The translations under genes and the position numbers were made by a program. A DNA stretch of 64,000 nt from Phoronis australis (taxonomy: Eukaryota; Animalia; Phoronida), in NCBI GenBank assembly GCA_002633005.1, contig NMRA01000025.1:404300-468299 (forward strand), written 5' to 3'. The notes below the pieces were generated by a model that saw only the letters and a program-made list of their open reading frames with translations, ran no database searches and had not been told where the DNA came from. Below are positions 1-13,300 of this stretch, piece by piece. Within the stretch, counting starts at the first letter, position 1, and each line of letters begins with the position of its first letter.

Positions 1-1804
1 CTCAAAAATCGCATGTTTTCAGCAACAAAAATGAGTATCATACAAAACAGATCAAAAACTATATTTTGGTGGCTGAAATAACCAACGTATACTGTGCATA
101 ATTCTGTGTCATTTATTAAAATCTGACAGGTTTGTGCTAGACAGGGGAGATAATCCACAGACCACTTTTTGGGGCTAATTTTAGTGGCCATTTTTGTGAC
201 CTTCTTACTGCCATAAAACACCTTGTAGCATTGTGTGACGTTTTGAACATACAGTTAAAGAGTTAGTCTTGATGACTGAGCAATAAAAAGTCTTGCCTCA
301 CTTTAGTGAAAATTGTCTTGCAAAACTGTCTATTTTCATAGTTTGGAAATGACGAGCAGAGTTTACAGACCAAACTTTTAGGCAAGAAGTCTGCTTTAAA
401 TAGTAACAGAAACCAAGTCTAAACTCTTTCAAATGAAAACAAGATGTTTTCCGGGTTTATTACGCGGCTAGCATCAAAACTGAACCCGATAACCTTTGCC
501 CACTGAGGGAGTCAGTTGAGGTTAAGCTTGAGGATATATAAAAATGTATGTGTAACCCTCTTGTATTCTTTCATTTCTTTTACATTATCAGGTTAATTTA
601 AACACTCTGTAGAACTTTTAAATGGAAATAAATGCCTTTAAGATTAAACGAGTAAGAATTGATATTTGTAATGACTGGTTTTGAGAGAGGCAAGTGCATT
701 TTAAAAAGACAAAATGGCGGACGATGTCGATGGGCCTTCATGTTCCTTTAGAGTTTATTCTGCAAACAATCCGATCACAAAAGCTTTGTGCTTTAGTGAG
801 TTACATGTATGTCAAAGACACCACTGAACATTTGAGATACAGGAAATTACCTCACAAAGCAAGGCCTGTGAAACAGGACCAGTCGTGGAAGAGTCAGGTA
901 ATGCTGGATGTTACCACTCTGCTCCTCTCCTCCTGAACGTAGCAGCCTTGTCAAATTCTACCGGTATTTCTGTTTCGAGATATGACTTTAGTGAAAGTAA
1001 GAATGGAAAACATCTCTGTGATCGCAAGATCGCTCCACTCAAACAACATGCGAAGTATTTTGTAGCCGAAAGTAATAATATCATAAACTTTCTGGATTTG
1101 AAAGAAGCATTATTTTCCAGTGGCCGCGTGAAGGGATGTTATGTGTATGCATGTTCAATCAATGCAACAAAGTCTTTTCCAAAATACTCAGTTCCTGGTA
1201 TAAGAACATTCCCAAATTCCCACTATTCCACCCAAGGAATTCGCGTGTAGAAATCATTCCATGTGGGTGACGGTAAGTTCTTATAAATACTGAGAAAATG
1301 GGAAACCTATTTCTCTAAAACACACTAACATCTATAGACATGGCGGATTTTCAACACCAAGAGTTAATTAAGGTTGGCACTGTATCTAGTGAAGTGCCTC
1401 AACAAAAGTTCCCTTGTACCCAGCAAGGTTACTCGAATTTTTTTTTTTGCTACAGACGCAGAACTAGGTCAGTTTTGTCTCACAAATTCAAAACGTACAA
1501 ATTTAAAAATGGATTTTGAAAGTTATGCCATTAATTTATTCAGCCATTTTCCTTTCAATTCGTATCATTCATTTGTTTTGACCTTACCACACATGCTAGT
1601 AAAATGCATTCAAACATGCCTACTTCGACACCCAATTTTGTTTCAAAATGGAGGTACTGGTCATAAAAAGAAAAATAATGAATGAAAATTTTTAAAAAGT
1701 GAAGTTTTTCTACATCTCAACAAACCAAACTCATGTGCTATGATTCAAAAAAAATGGGATTTTGGGTATAGACTCTACCTGTTGGTTTTTATATGGAGTC
1801 ACTC
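1..1804 (+). mobile_element. Right-hand part of a decayed Sola3-like DNA transposon (left end outside window)
   Basis: Terminus ...GGAGTCACTC (1804) is followed by TTAA (1805-1808), matching the GAG...CTC ends and TTAA target of Sola3; internal transposase remnant at about 850-1250. Confidence 0.55.
850..1250 (+). pseudogene. Transposase remnant (Sola3-like DDD catalytic region)
   Basis: Motifs HKARxVxQD, S(G/D)NAGCYH and RYDFSE..NGK.LCDR; internally deleted, with the catalytic Asp changed to Gly. Confidence 0.6.
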
Positions 1805-1808
1805 TTAA

Positions 1809-2084
1809 TTTCTTGTCTTGATACCTGTACGTAATAACCATTTACAAAACGGGGGCTGAACACTTTTTATATTCTTTCTGCGTGTTGTACCCCACAGTTC
1901 TGCACCATAAAACAGAATAGGTGCCACCATAGAGTAAAATAGTTTAAATGCTATTTTTACATTTCTATTTGGTTCCATTTTGTATAAATAAGACTTGACT
2001 AAATTGAGGGCTTTTCTCGCCTGTTGGGCTAGTGTTTTGCAACACATCGTCCAACTCAGCCCGCATTCCTAGGTACTTACATTA
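1809..2084 (-). mobile_element. Non-LTR retrotransposon RT C-terminal fragment (RTE/RTE-X-like)
   Basis: KYLG motif, then KLFYSMVAPILFYGAELWG...VQ..FCKWLL; bounded by the Sola3 end on one side and the LTR element on the other. Confidence 0.75.
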
Positions 2085-2869
2085 TGTCAGAATATAGACT
2101 AACACTGTTTTTATTTGTATTGCTGTGTTTTGTTATTCTGTTTGATTGGCATGACCCCTGAGTTAAGTACAATGATGATGTAATTTGTTTACTACAAAAT
2201 AGTGTGGAATTTTCTAGAAGACTGAAGCCAGAACAGTGATGATGTAATTTGTTTACTACAGTATAGTGTGGAACTTTCTAGAAAACTCTAGCATGACACA
2301 GTGATTAATGCAGTCTGGAATATTCTAGAGACTAGTATATGTTTGTAGAATGATTGAGTAGATTCAGGAAAGTTCTAGGATGTGCTTGAATTGATGAAAA
2401 GTTCCAGAACAATGCACTAGGCTATAAATAAACAAGCACGGATTTCTGTTAGTCAGATCAAGTCAGTTCAAAAGAAGATAAAGTCGGAAGATCAAGTCAG
2501 TTCAAGAGAGATCAAGCAAGTTCAAGAAAGTTAATCAGGAGAACTACAGTTGAGTTGCAGTGAAGATAATCAGCAGATACAGCGATAGTCAATAGAGAAC
2601 CAGCTATAGAGACAGCAGGTTATTAAACCGACGAGTGTAACAGTTGCTGAACGTGTCTCAGAAGTTCATCACAAGTCAAGGCTTTGCAGCACTGGCTGGA
2701 GCATAAACAGACATTACGTCGGACGTTTTGTTTGAGTAGGCTTGTGAACATACGGTCGGGATTAATAAAGGATTACCTCGAACCAGTCTTCAGTCAATCT
2801 TCGCACCGAAAGCTATTAGCACCGGTCTGTAACAACCTGCGCCCACCCACACACGGGGAAAACGTGACA
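2085..2869 (+). repeat. 5' LTR (785 bp, TGTCA...TGACA)
   Basis: Inverted termini, TATAAATA at about 2423, AATAAA at 2764-2769, matches 7445-8026. Confidence 0.93.
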
Positions 2870-2871
2870 AT

Positions 2872-2889
2872 TGGCGAGCACGCCAGTAG
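2872..2889 (+). promoter_or_regulatory. Primer-binding site, probably tRNA-Arg(ACG)
   Basis: TGGCGAGCACGCCAGTAG lies 2 nt after the LTR and resembles the complement of the metazoan tRNA-Arg(ACG) 3' end (TGGCGAGCCAGCCAGGAG). Confidence 0.7.
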
Positions 2890-2944
2890 CCTACTGACGG
2901 TAACAAGGTGTGATAAAGTGGACTGTTGGAATGAGCAACTCCCT

Positions 2945-4017
2945 ATGGAGACGAGATCTCAACTAAGGGAGTTGATGGCCCTCAGACAAGAAATAGGTCT
3001 GCAGCGAGACGACCTCAGACAGTTTGTGGAGAAACAACAAGCTGAGGCGCGTGCTGAGGCTGAGGCTGAGGCAGAGGAGAGAAGGCAAGCTCGTGACGCT
3101 GAGGAGAGAAAGCAAGCTCGTGAGGATGAGGAGAGAAAGCAAGCTTGGGAGGCTGAAGAAAGAAGGCAAGCCCGCGAAGCCGAACAGCAGATGGAGAGAG
3201 AGTGGAACATGAGAGGGCGCTAGCGGCACTCAAGGCTGAACAAGTAGCAGCTGGGGTAGCCATGCTAGACCAACAGGGGGCGTGAAACCGAAGCTACCCA
3301 AGTTTGACGAAAAGCAGGATGATATGGACAACTTCCTGGAAAAGTTTGAAAGATACACAGAGAGCCAGGGTTGGACCCAAAGTTAATGGGCAATTAGTCT
3401 CAGTCCCCTCTTAATAGGTAAGGGTTTGCAGGTTTACACCAGCCTACCGATGGCAGATGCACTGGACTATGCTACACTCAAGAGAGCCTTACAGAAGCGG
3501 TATGAGCTGACGGAGGAGGGAAGCGAGGGCTGAGAGGGGTGAGACAGCTTACCAGTTTGTGGCCCGCATACAGCGCTACCTAGACAGGTGGATAGACATG
3601 TCCCACTGTGGCAAAGATTTTACTGAGTTAAGAGACCTGTTAGTGCGTGAGCAGTACGTGAACACCTGTACTAAGGACTTGGCTTTGTTCCTGCGAGAGC
3701 AGACACCCAAGTCTGTTCCAGAGATGGTGAGCTTAGCAGAAAGACATATTGAGGCCCATGGACTGGATATAACGAGCACTCAGTCGAAGAAGTCCCTAGA
3801 ACGACACGTCAAGACAGACAACCAGAGAGTCGACCAAAAGAAAACAGACCTCGCAGAGGAAAGGTGTTTCTTATGTCACAAAACTGGACACCTGGCTAGA
3901 GACAGTCGGAAGCGGACACAAGGGATGCAACACCAGAAGTCAGCAGCGGTCAACCACCGAGATTCCCAGTATAAGGAGGACTCGATGAAGTGTACTAAAC
4001 CTGGACGCGCCGTCTGA
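2945..4017 (+). pseudogene. gag: gag remnant (coiled coil, SCAN-like capsid C-terminal domain, CCHC knuckle)
   Basis: E/R-rich repeats, PKLPKFDEKQDDMD, RW...LRDLLVREQY...LFLREQTP...LAE, CFLCHKTGHLARDS; interrupted by stops. Confidence 0.85.
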
Positions 4018-4019
4018 AG

Positions 4020-4290
4020 GAGGGGTATGTTGGCACGAAGAAGGTCTCACTATTGAGAGACACAGGCTGCACGACCGTTGTGGTTCGGTCCAGTCTAGTC
4101 GATCAGGAGATATGACCTGCCGGAAGTGGTCATGTGAATTGGCGGACTCTACCAAAAAGTGGCTGCCTGTCGCCAGGATCAACATCAAGACACCGTACTA
4201 CACGGAAGAAGTGTTTGCGATGTGCATGGAGCGTCCAGTGGCCGATTTGATTATCGGGAACGTACCTGATGCCTTGAACCCAGGGGATGT
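4020..4290 (+). pseudogene. Aspartic protease remnant
   Basis: LLRDTGC at about 4050-4070; DLIIGN downstream. Confidence 0.8.
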
Positions 4291-4540
4291 TGAGCGACAG
4301 CAGAGAGCAACAACTGCCAACGAAGACAATATAGGCAATGGCCTTTTGGAGGATCCGAAAGATGACTCTCAGAAGGGTACTTCTTCCCATGAGGAAAATC
4401 CAGTGTCCTCAACTCTACAGGGAGAAGAGGTGACAGACATGTCGGTAGAAACAGATCCTGATGAATCCAGCAGGGAAGCGGTAGCAGTGACTACCAGTGC
4501 TCAAGTAGAGTGATAAAAAGCGGACATTAAGCCGTTAGCT

Positions 4541-5785
4541 GTGTCTCCGACTATACAAGAGGTGGTACTAAAGCAGTTTAAAGAAGCCCAGCATGAAGAT
4601 TCATCAATGAAAAAGTTGTGGGTGCAAGCTGAAGCCAAAGTTCAGCGACAGACCAAAGACAAGGGGTCATACGTGATGGAGATTCAGAGAGGATTACTTT
4701 ATCAGATATTCAAGAAGAAAGACGGTGACGAGGTGAAACAAGTTGTTGTGCCGAGCAGTTTACGGAAGTCCGTGATGAGGCTTGCTCATGAGTCTATACT
4801 CGGTGGACACCTCGGTGTTAGGAAGACAACTGACCGTATCACCAGCAACTTCTATTGGCCAGGAGTGGCATCAGAATTGACCAGACTCTGCAAATCATGC
4901 GACATCTGCCAGAAGACAATCCCGAGAGGTCGAGTGACCAAGGTACCCCTGGGATAGATGCCTTTGATGGGGGAGCCTTTCAAAAGAATCGCGATCGATC
5001 TGATTGGCCCTATAGTTCCAGCTTCCGACAAAGGAAACAGATACATTCTCACGGTGGTAGATTTCGCTACCGGGTATCCAGAAGCAGTGGCCCTACCGAA
5101 GATTGAGACAGGGCGTGTGGCTGAAGCATTACTAGAAGTCTTCAGTAGAGTAGGGTTCCCGCGAGAGATCCTGAGTGATCGTGGAACGCAGTTCACAGCG
5201 GAACTAATGAAGGAGGTCTGCAGGCTTGTGAGTGCAAAGCAGCTGTACACGACCCCTTACAATCCACGCTGTAACGAGCTCTTTGAGAGAATCACCGGTG
5301 TTTTAAAGGCCATGCTGAAGAAAATGTGTCAAGAAAGACCAAAGGATTGGGACCGGTATCTGCCAGCTGTCCTGTTTGCTTACCAGGAAGTTCCGCAATC
5401 AAGCACAGGATTTTCACCCTTTGAGTTGTTATACGGCAGGGCAGTAAAGCAAATACTGAGCGAACTCTGGGCAGGGGAAGACAGCAATGACGTCCGTAAT
5501 ACTTACCAGTGTGTCTTCGAGCTCAGGAACCGCTTAGAGGAGACCTACGAGTTGACTAGAAAAAGTTTGTACAATGCACAAGGTATTCTCAAGCATTACT
5601 ACGACAAGAAGACCAGAGATAGGCAGTTTCAAGTGGGACAAAGAGTGTTAGTATTACTTCACACAGACCACAATAAGCTTACACTGCAATGGAAGGGGCC
5701 ATACGAAGTTACAGAAAAAGTCAGCCGTATGGACTACCGCATCAATATGAACGGCAAGATTAAGATCTTCCGTGCCAATCTGTAG
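4541..5785 (+). pseudogene. Integrase remnant (HHCC, DDE core, GPY/F)
   Basis: HESILGGHLG...CKSCDIC, IDLIGP, ILSDRG, ELFER, WKGPY; stop at 4955-4957. Confidence 0.92.
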
Positions 5786-5970
5786 AAGGCGTATCACGAA
5801 CGCGAGACTGATAACATCACAGTCAAAGATGAACCGATCGGCGTTGATTGAAGAGTGTGTGACTGACGACGCGACTCTTCTTGATGAAGGCGGTTTAGAG
5901 CTTCTGCCGATGGTTCACAACGATACCTGTAAGGATGTAAAGCTGTTTGATACCTTGACGTCCGAGCAGC

Positions 5971-7320
5971 GTGAACAGGCACTACAGCTCTTACGTTGCT
6001 ACCGTGGTCAGTGGTATCTTCACCAATCAGCCTGGAGAGACCGATTTGGCCAGCCACGTCATCGAATTGACGACAGAACAACCAGTGAGAGTGAGGCTAC
6101 GTCAGATGCTGTACACTACTCAGGAACTAGTGAAGAAGGAAGTGCAAGAGATGTTAAAGATGAACATAACTGAGCCTTCCACTTCGGCTTACAGTTCTCC
6201 TGTAGTTTTGGTGGCTAAAAAGGACGGAACCACAAGATTCTGTGTTGACTACCGACGGCTAAATGCAGTGACTAAGTTTGACAACGAGCCTATGGGTAAC
6301 CCAGAAGCTATTATGGCTAATCTGCATGGTCAACGTTTCTTCTAGAAGTTCGACTTTATGAAGGGCTACTGGCAAAATCCCATGGATGAAGCTAGTAAAG
6401 AGAAAACCGCATTTGTGACTCCAGGAGGCTGTTACCAGTTCCGCAGAATGCCGTTTGGCTTGGTGAATTCAGCGGCCACGTTCAACAGGATGATGAGAAG
6501 AATGCTAGCAGGCTCAGGTAATATCTAGCAGTATGTCGACGATGTGCTACTCCACACTGTCACCTGGGAGGAACATTTCCATACCCTGAGAGACCTGTTT
6601 CAGAGAGTTAAACAAACCGGCTTGACATTAAGACCGTCAAAGTGCAGCACTGGATGTCCAGAGGTGGAGTTCCTTGGACATGAGGTTGGGACGAAAAAGA
6701 TAGCTATGGAAGACCAGAAGCTCATGAAGATTCAGGATGCACCAACGCCATCTACTAAGACGGAAGTACGGTCATTCCTAGGACTTACAGGGTACCACCG
6801 AAAGTTTGTGCCTAACTATGCACAGATAGCCACACCGTTGACGGATTTGCTGAAGAAGGGCCAACCAAAGAAAGTCGTGTGGACCGATATTCATGAACAG
6901 GCATTCAAGAAGTTAAAGCAAGCGCTTTGAAGTAGCCCGATCCTACGAGTACCAGACTTCACACCGAGATTCATCGTCAGGACGGAAGTATCTAACGATG
7001 GTTTAGGGGCAGTTTTACTGCAGGAGTTTGACGATGGAATATTCCCCATTGCATATGCCAGCCAGAATCTTAAAGAAAGCGAGCGGTATTACTTTACAGA
7101 AGAGAAAGAGTGTTTAGCGATAGTGTTTGCTGTGAAACGTTTTCAGTTTTATCTCTACGGGACAGAATTCGTGGTGCAAACAGACCACAAACCATTGGTA
7201 TATATTCAGCGTTGTAAGATTGAAAGCCCCAGGGTTATGCGATGGGCTATAGCGCTGCTGAATTATAAATTCCGTGAGGAGGATAACCCTCGAAAATGTA
7301 AGGTCGGTCAGACTATTTAA
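5971..7320 (+). pseudogene. Reverse transcriptase and RNase H remnant
   Basis: SPVVLVAKKDG..RFCVDYRRLN, MPFGL, YVDD (about 6532-6543), FLGH, RSFLGLTGY, EKECLA, TDHKPL; several stops. Confidence 0.92.
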
Positions 7321-7444
7321 GTCGACTAGCAGAGCCTGCAAGTCAGGGAGCACTTTAGCGGCGGATATAGTAGATTATATATATATGCCACATGATTTTG
7401 TGTTAGACAATTATAGAGTAATTTTCTCTTTGGCAGGGGTGTGT

Positions 7445-8026
7445 TGTCAGAATATAGACTGACATTGTTTTCATTTGTATTACTTTGTTTTGTTATTCTG
7501 TTTGATTGGCATGACACCTGAGTTAACTACAGTGATGATGTAATTTGTTTACTACAAAATAGTGTGGAACTTTCTAGAAGACTGAGGCCAGAACAGTGAT
7601 GATGTAATTTGTTTACTACAGTACATGTATATAGTGTGGAACTTTCTAGAAAACTCTAGCATGACAGTGATTAATGCAGTCTGGAATATTCTAGAGACTA
7701 GTATATGTTTGTAGAATGGTTGGGTAGATTCAGGAAAGTTCTAGAATGTGCTTGAATTGATGAAAAGCTCCAGAACAATGCATTAGGCTATAAATACACA
7801 AGCACGGGTTTGTGTTAGTCAGATCAAATCAGTTCAAGAGCAGATCAAGTCGGGAGATCAAGTCAGTTCAAGAGAGATCAAGTTAGTTCAAGAAAGTTAA
7901 TCAGGAGAACTACAGTTGAGTTGCAGTGAAGATAATCAGCAGTTACAGCGATAGTCAATAGAGAGCCAGCTATAGAGACAGCAGATTATTGAATCGACGA
8001 GTGTAACACTTGCTGAACGTGTCTCA
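7445..8026 (+). repeat. 3' LTR, truncated (lacks the last 209 bp or so)
   Basis: Aligns to 2085-2660 with about 31 substitutions and 2 indels by manual count; similarity stops abruptly at 8026. Confidence 0.92.
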
Positions 8027-10024
8027 TGATTATTCAGGCTCCCACCATTTTTAAAGACCACTATGTTTGATTTATCGACATTCACAGACATGTTACATTT
8101 TAAACAAAAATTTCCAATGAATCAAGCCTTCTCTAAAGTTGCACTAGTGTGTCTCCAACCACGGTGACATCATCTGCAAAAAGTAACAAGAATACAATTG
8201 ATATATCTTGGTTTACCTGTATATGTTTATCCCTATTTATTGAATCGAAAGAGTTACTGAAGACAAAAAAGCACAATAAAATGGTTTGGATTTACATTTC
8301 AACAAATATTTTTCACCAATCCGTTTTTCACATTGAACATTGTTTAAAGAACACCAAACCCAGTTTTGGCCACCATTTCAATGTTGACAAGTATCGCGAT
8401 TTCCGTTCCCCGACTGACAAGACCGTAATAATGTAAAAACGTTATATACATGTACATGCCTGCACAAAATTCGCGTAGAATGAGTCTTAAGATGGTTTCC
8501 AAAATTAAATCTGCGCCGAATGTGTCCATCAATTGATCAGTCGGAACAAATACATCACGGCTACCTATCAGCAACGGTTTCCCCTCGTTTGTCCATTTCC
8601 GCTCACTTAATTGATCCGCCGTGCAATTAAATTTCATACAGCGCTGAGTAGGCCTATCACTTTCAAGTCAACGTGCAATCAACTGACAACGAAGGCAACT
8701 TCTGCCGAATCGATTTCGAGATTATTCAGTAACAGTTATTTTCTTGAAAATTCTCCACCCAGGTAGAAGTGAATGCCTGTACCTCCCGTACACCTTACGA
8801 AAAGTTAGTTAAGACAAAAGTGTTTAAAACCTATTTTTCAATGATTTTCACGTTGCATGACACATGTTTTTTGAAAAAAATGTCTGTTCTTTTAGATACT
8901 AAATGTCTGTTGAAACGCAGAACTTTTACGTCTGCCAACTCAGTGATGTATGAGGTACTGCTTCACGTTTCTGAAATTTGTATAATGTGGCTGGTCTACA
9001 TGAAATTAATTTTAAATTGTGTGAAACTTTAAGAATTTCAAAAACTTGAACTTTTTTGAATTTAGTGTCATTTATACAGGAATGCATTATTAGATGATGA
9101 TATTTGCCCCTCAAAATCCATTTCTACGTCAGAGCGAACGATGACAGGCTTCGAACAAGTTTTAGATGACATGGAACAACGTAGTCGGATGCATCATTAA
9201 GAGCAGATGTTCGCACTAACTCAAAAAAAATCTGAAGTTGTTTAATCCTTGTTTTTTACAATCTTTGGTGTTGACTTTAAATTGTTTAGAATTGAAGGTA
9301 TTCAAGACTTTGAGTTTTTAAAGTTTTAAAATGCTTTCAATGAGCAGGTCAATTTTTAATTGACGAAATAAACTTTGATGAAATACAACGGCTTTTGTGG
9401 AAAAAGCAGTTAAATCTACCGCGATTATTAATACGAAATGCAAGGACATGTACAGTAGCTTTTGGAGATATTTTTACCGGGAACAGAATTCAATTTGAAT
9501 TTTTACCGGTTTAGTTAGCAAACTTGTGTCCAGGAACTTTATATCTTAGCGAATTTTTCATGTTGGTTTTTGGTCGTTGTGATGATAGCGGTGATTTTGG
9601 TGGTGATAATGGTGATGGGGGTGTTGATGATGGTGGTAGTAGCTGTGGCGATGAACATGTTTTGGATCATTAATTTACCATAAGAATAGCAATGACAAAT
9701 CGATATTTTTTCAAAACTTTCCCATGAGTAAAATCAATACAAAATTTATTTACCTTCAATAATGTTAGAGGAAGTTGTACCACGGCTGACACCGGGAGCG
9801 TTTCCTAAACCATATTAATCGATTTGTTTGCGTACCAAAACTGCACCCACATTTGACTAATTGACGCACATCTTTCTTTACAAAAAAAGAAAATATAATC
9901 CTCTGTTTGACTATTCGACATGTTAGATTTCTAGGTAGAAAAAGGGCAAAGGGTTTTCTATTCAGCTCACGAAAAAAATTGTATTCTGACACGCTGCCGC
10001 AGATTGATCATACGTTACGGCAAA

Positions 10025-10340
10025 ATGGTCACTTTGTACTTTGAGAACATTGTATCTATCGTTTTGCTTCTAAATAAGTTTCTTTTGAATTCAATTTCTT
10101 ACTGTGAAGAAGGATATTTTGAATCCTTGGACAGATATAAAGGTAAACGATATTCAAGAAATTCTACGCACGCGTACACCGCCGCCATGAAATCTGCTTG
10201 TTCTCAGTTATGCCTTTTACAAAAACAAAAATGTTCATTTTTCAACTACAACGAAGATTTGAAAACATGCGAACTGTTTTTCGGAGACTGGGACAACGGG
10301 CTTGTTTTGCCTTCAGATTCTTGGTCTATAACACACAGAG
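10025..10340 (+). CDS. Exon 1: signal peptide + PAN/apple domain
   Basis: ATG 10025, hydrophobic IVSIVLLL, CSQLC...CSFFNY....KTCEL, donor GTGAGT at 10341 (phase 1). Confidence 0.85.
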
Positions 10341-13300
10341 GTGAGTACAACCAATTGTCCTATATTTTACACGTTTTCGGCTTGCTAGTATACTACGCAT
10401 TTCAGGTAAAGAGGGACAGCTTGTGTATCGATGACTGGTTTCCATGGCACTCCAATGAACCTTGTTTATATGTTGTACTTTAGGACGATGACCATTTGTA
10501 CAACAAAGAATTTATATCTTATCATGCATGTTAGTTTGAGGTTGAATCATAGCGGAAAACCACGCGTTAATCCATATAAGAAGTTTCAGAATTATCTCAC
10601 CGCCGTGGATTCAGTATTCGATGTCAGTTTCATTTCCTTGACACTGAACATGATCCATCCATATCTTTCCACGGTCTCGTCCAAATGCGCTGTATTCCTA
10701 TAGTCTTTCGGCATTTGCATACCCTAGGACAAAGCAGAGATTTTAGACATAACTTCGCAAACGACTATGGAACTACATCACGGGTCATGAAGTTTGGGTA
10801 ACCTGGGGACGTGTCGTCTAGTAGACAGTAATTCGCATTTTCCCAATACCTTTCGCATCATTGTGGGATCTTAACAGCGACATGTATGGGCCTAGCTGAA
10901 ATAATTATACATGTTCATATGTTTTCATCAAAACACCAACAAAGTGAACTTTTATGAACTGAATGTTGATATTCAGTGCACGCTTTTAAACTACGATTTT
11001 TTCATAACGGCACGTATCTCTGCAAAACTTTGTAACGACGTTTAATGTAATAAAGGCCAATCTTCGTCACGTGATCAATGTTTTAGACCCTAAAAACTTT
11101 TGCATCAACAGCTAAGTTGGAGGTTACAGCAAGTCGACGTGAAATGGACATTACGGCAATTTCCCGTTGATCCCAACTTGTTCGATTCTATAGCCCAACA
11201 ACAAGTTGGGAAGATGACCCCTGCAGCCAATATCTTACACGACCGATTAACTTCATTCTGGCATTATGGATGGAGGGCCAGCTCTCTTGTTCTATAATTG
11301 CGCTAATCTCCGGTGAGATCGTATCTAGCCTGACTGTGCTGTACTGTTAAAAAATTAAGTTATGACATATTTGAACATATATCAATAGCATTTCTGAATT
11401 TCTCGTCAAATACTAATCATGTTTAGTTTTTAAATCACCAAAATCGCCCAAGTACAACCGAAGTTAAGACAATCTATTCTTTCCGGACATACCAATTCGC
11501 CGCTCTAGGTTTGATACGCGGTCTGCAATAAGCCTGGTAGATAACTGACCTGCCTGTTGTCGTACCAGACAATAGAATGTTCTTGGCAGTTACCAAAGGA
11601 GTTAGCTGTTATAATAGGCTCACAACTCTCAACGTTTGGTAAAGTCACTGAACGGGAGAACGCCGTTATGAAATGTATTACATCTATGTTTAGAGCTAGA
11701 CAACAAATGACTTGATGATTGTTTCAAGCCACACTGAGTTCTCGTGAGTTGTGTCCTGAAACATTCAGAGAGGTAATCATGTTTGCACCTCTAATGCCGC
11801 AGCGTCTTTTTTTACATTTGTACCAAACCATTGAGGAAACAAGTGAGCAGTACATTTGATTATCTATTTATTGTTACACAGTGTTTAATTTTCATTAAGC
11901 GGGTTAAAAACCATCTAAATAACAAGTACTGACAAATTAAGCTCGCAGTACAGACAACACAACGAGTAAAACAGCACAAAATCTGCAAAGTCGTGTGTAA
12001 AGTTTAACGCTTCTTCCTCTTTTTAATATCAGTACATGTACATCATAAACAACAACGTCCATAATATACGGGACGATATTATAAAATACAGGAAACCCAT
12101 ATTTATTGGGTATAGAATCATTTAAGTATGTAATTTTTAACCCAATGTACTGTATCGCAAACATATTTAAAGGCGAAGACAGCCTTTTTTCATGTCATTT
12201 TTAGCAAAAATAGGGTTCGTTGATTATCCCAGACATATTTTTCACTTATTTACAGCTTTTCGTAATTTAATTAATTACTCGTCGTCTACTCCGGAAGTGA
12301 CGTTTTGGGGGAGGCAAGAATTTCGCCCCAATTTCTTTTCATAGAGTCTGACTGTGAGAGCAGTCGAGTCAGTCATTGTTCTACCTCGGTTGTAATAAGT
12401 TCGGTCGTCGTTTGCTTTCGTTGACGAGTCAGTCAACATGCCACGCTGTTGATGCCTACCGAGATGTACTCATTATCGTCTCACGTACAGAGGAAAAACT
12501 GTCCCACTTGCCTGAGTGTCCCGCGACACACCGGCTCCCGATGGTGACTTGAGTACCCAAACTGCTTACATCCAGCCGTGCGACTCCCTCGTTACACACG
12601 TGGCACCTTCTAAATAGCTCCAATACAAGTCCACAATAAACTTATCAAACTTAGGTTCACCGATCTGTTCACTGGATGACGAACTGTCCTTTTCACTGGA
12701 TGTCAAACTGGGCCTGTATTCACTCCTACTCAACATCGTTGCAGGGCTGCTTACAGGCTCTGGGCTAAAGACAACAGCACACGGGGAATCACTGCTAGTT
12801 CCTGGAATTGCACGCTATGGGGTACGTTCGGAGGCATGGGTGACAGTAGATGAAGTGCCTCCAGTCACTGTTTATAGTGGCTACAGCTCGCGAGGCTTCT
12901 CGCTTCAAAAACGCACTTCTCGGGGGTGGCGATTAGGCACTTGGCTGCCGGGAATCAACAGCGACGATATGGAACCCTTCTTAATTCAGGCGTTGTTTCG
13001 CAGGGACCTTCATCAAGTCAGCGTACATATCTCTGTCGTAATCTGACGGATGAAAATGCTTCCCACTGCTTTGTACGTTGCGTGAATGGGTAGCGCTACG
13101 TTCTTCACTCGAACGAGCTAGCCAATTACGGCGAATTGTGTCATCCTTCGGAAAGCGATGCAAGGTACCCAAAAAGCGCGTGTGAGACGATAACGATAAC
13201 GCAGCAACAGCGTGGCATGTTGACTGACTCGTAAACAAAAGCAAACGACGACAGAACTTATCACATCCGAGGTAGAACAATGACTGACTTGACAGCTCTC

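Larger units (their letters stand above)
2085..8026 (+). mobile_element. Gmr1-like Ty3/Gypsy LTR retrotransposon, degenerate (gag-PR-INT-RT-RH)
   Basis: Paired LTRs starting TGTCAGAATATAGACT (2085, 7445), PBS, PPT-like tract before the 3' LTR, Gypsy-type domains with integrase upstream of RT; many stops and frameshifts. Confidence 0.93.

Noticed and set aside
2959-3263. Several overlapping antisense ORFs
   Set aside because: Shadows of the repetitive E/R/A-rich gag coiled coil
8027-9990. Promoter or TE calls upstream of the PAN exon
   Set aside because: No TIR/TSD pair or convincing core promoter could be fixed by eye; includes a low-complexity GAT/GGT tract at about 9580-9650
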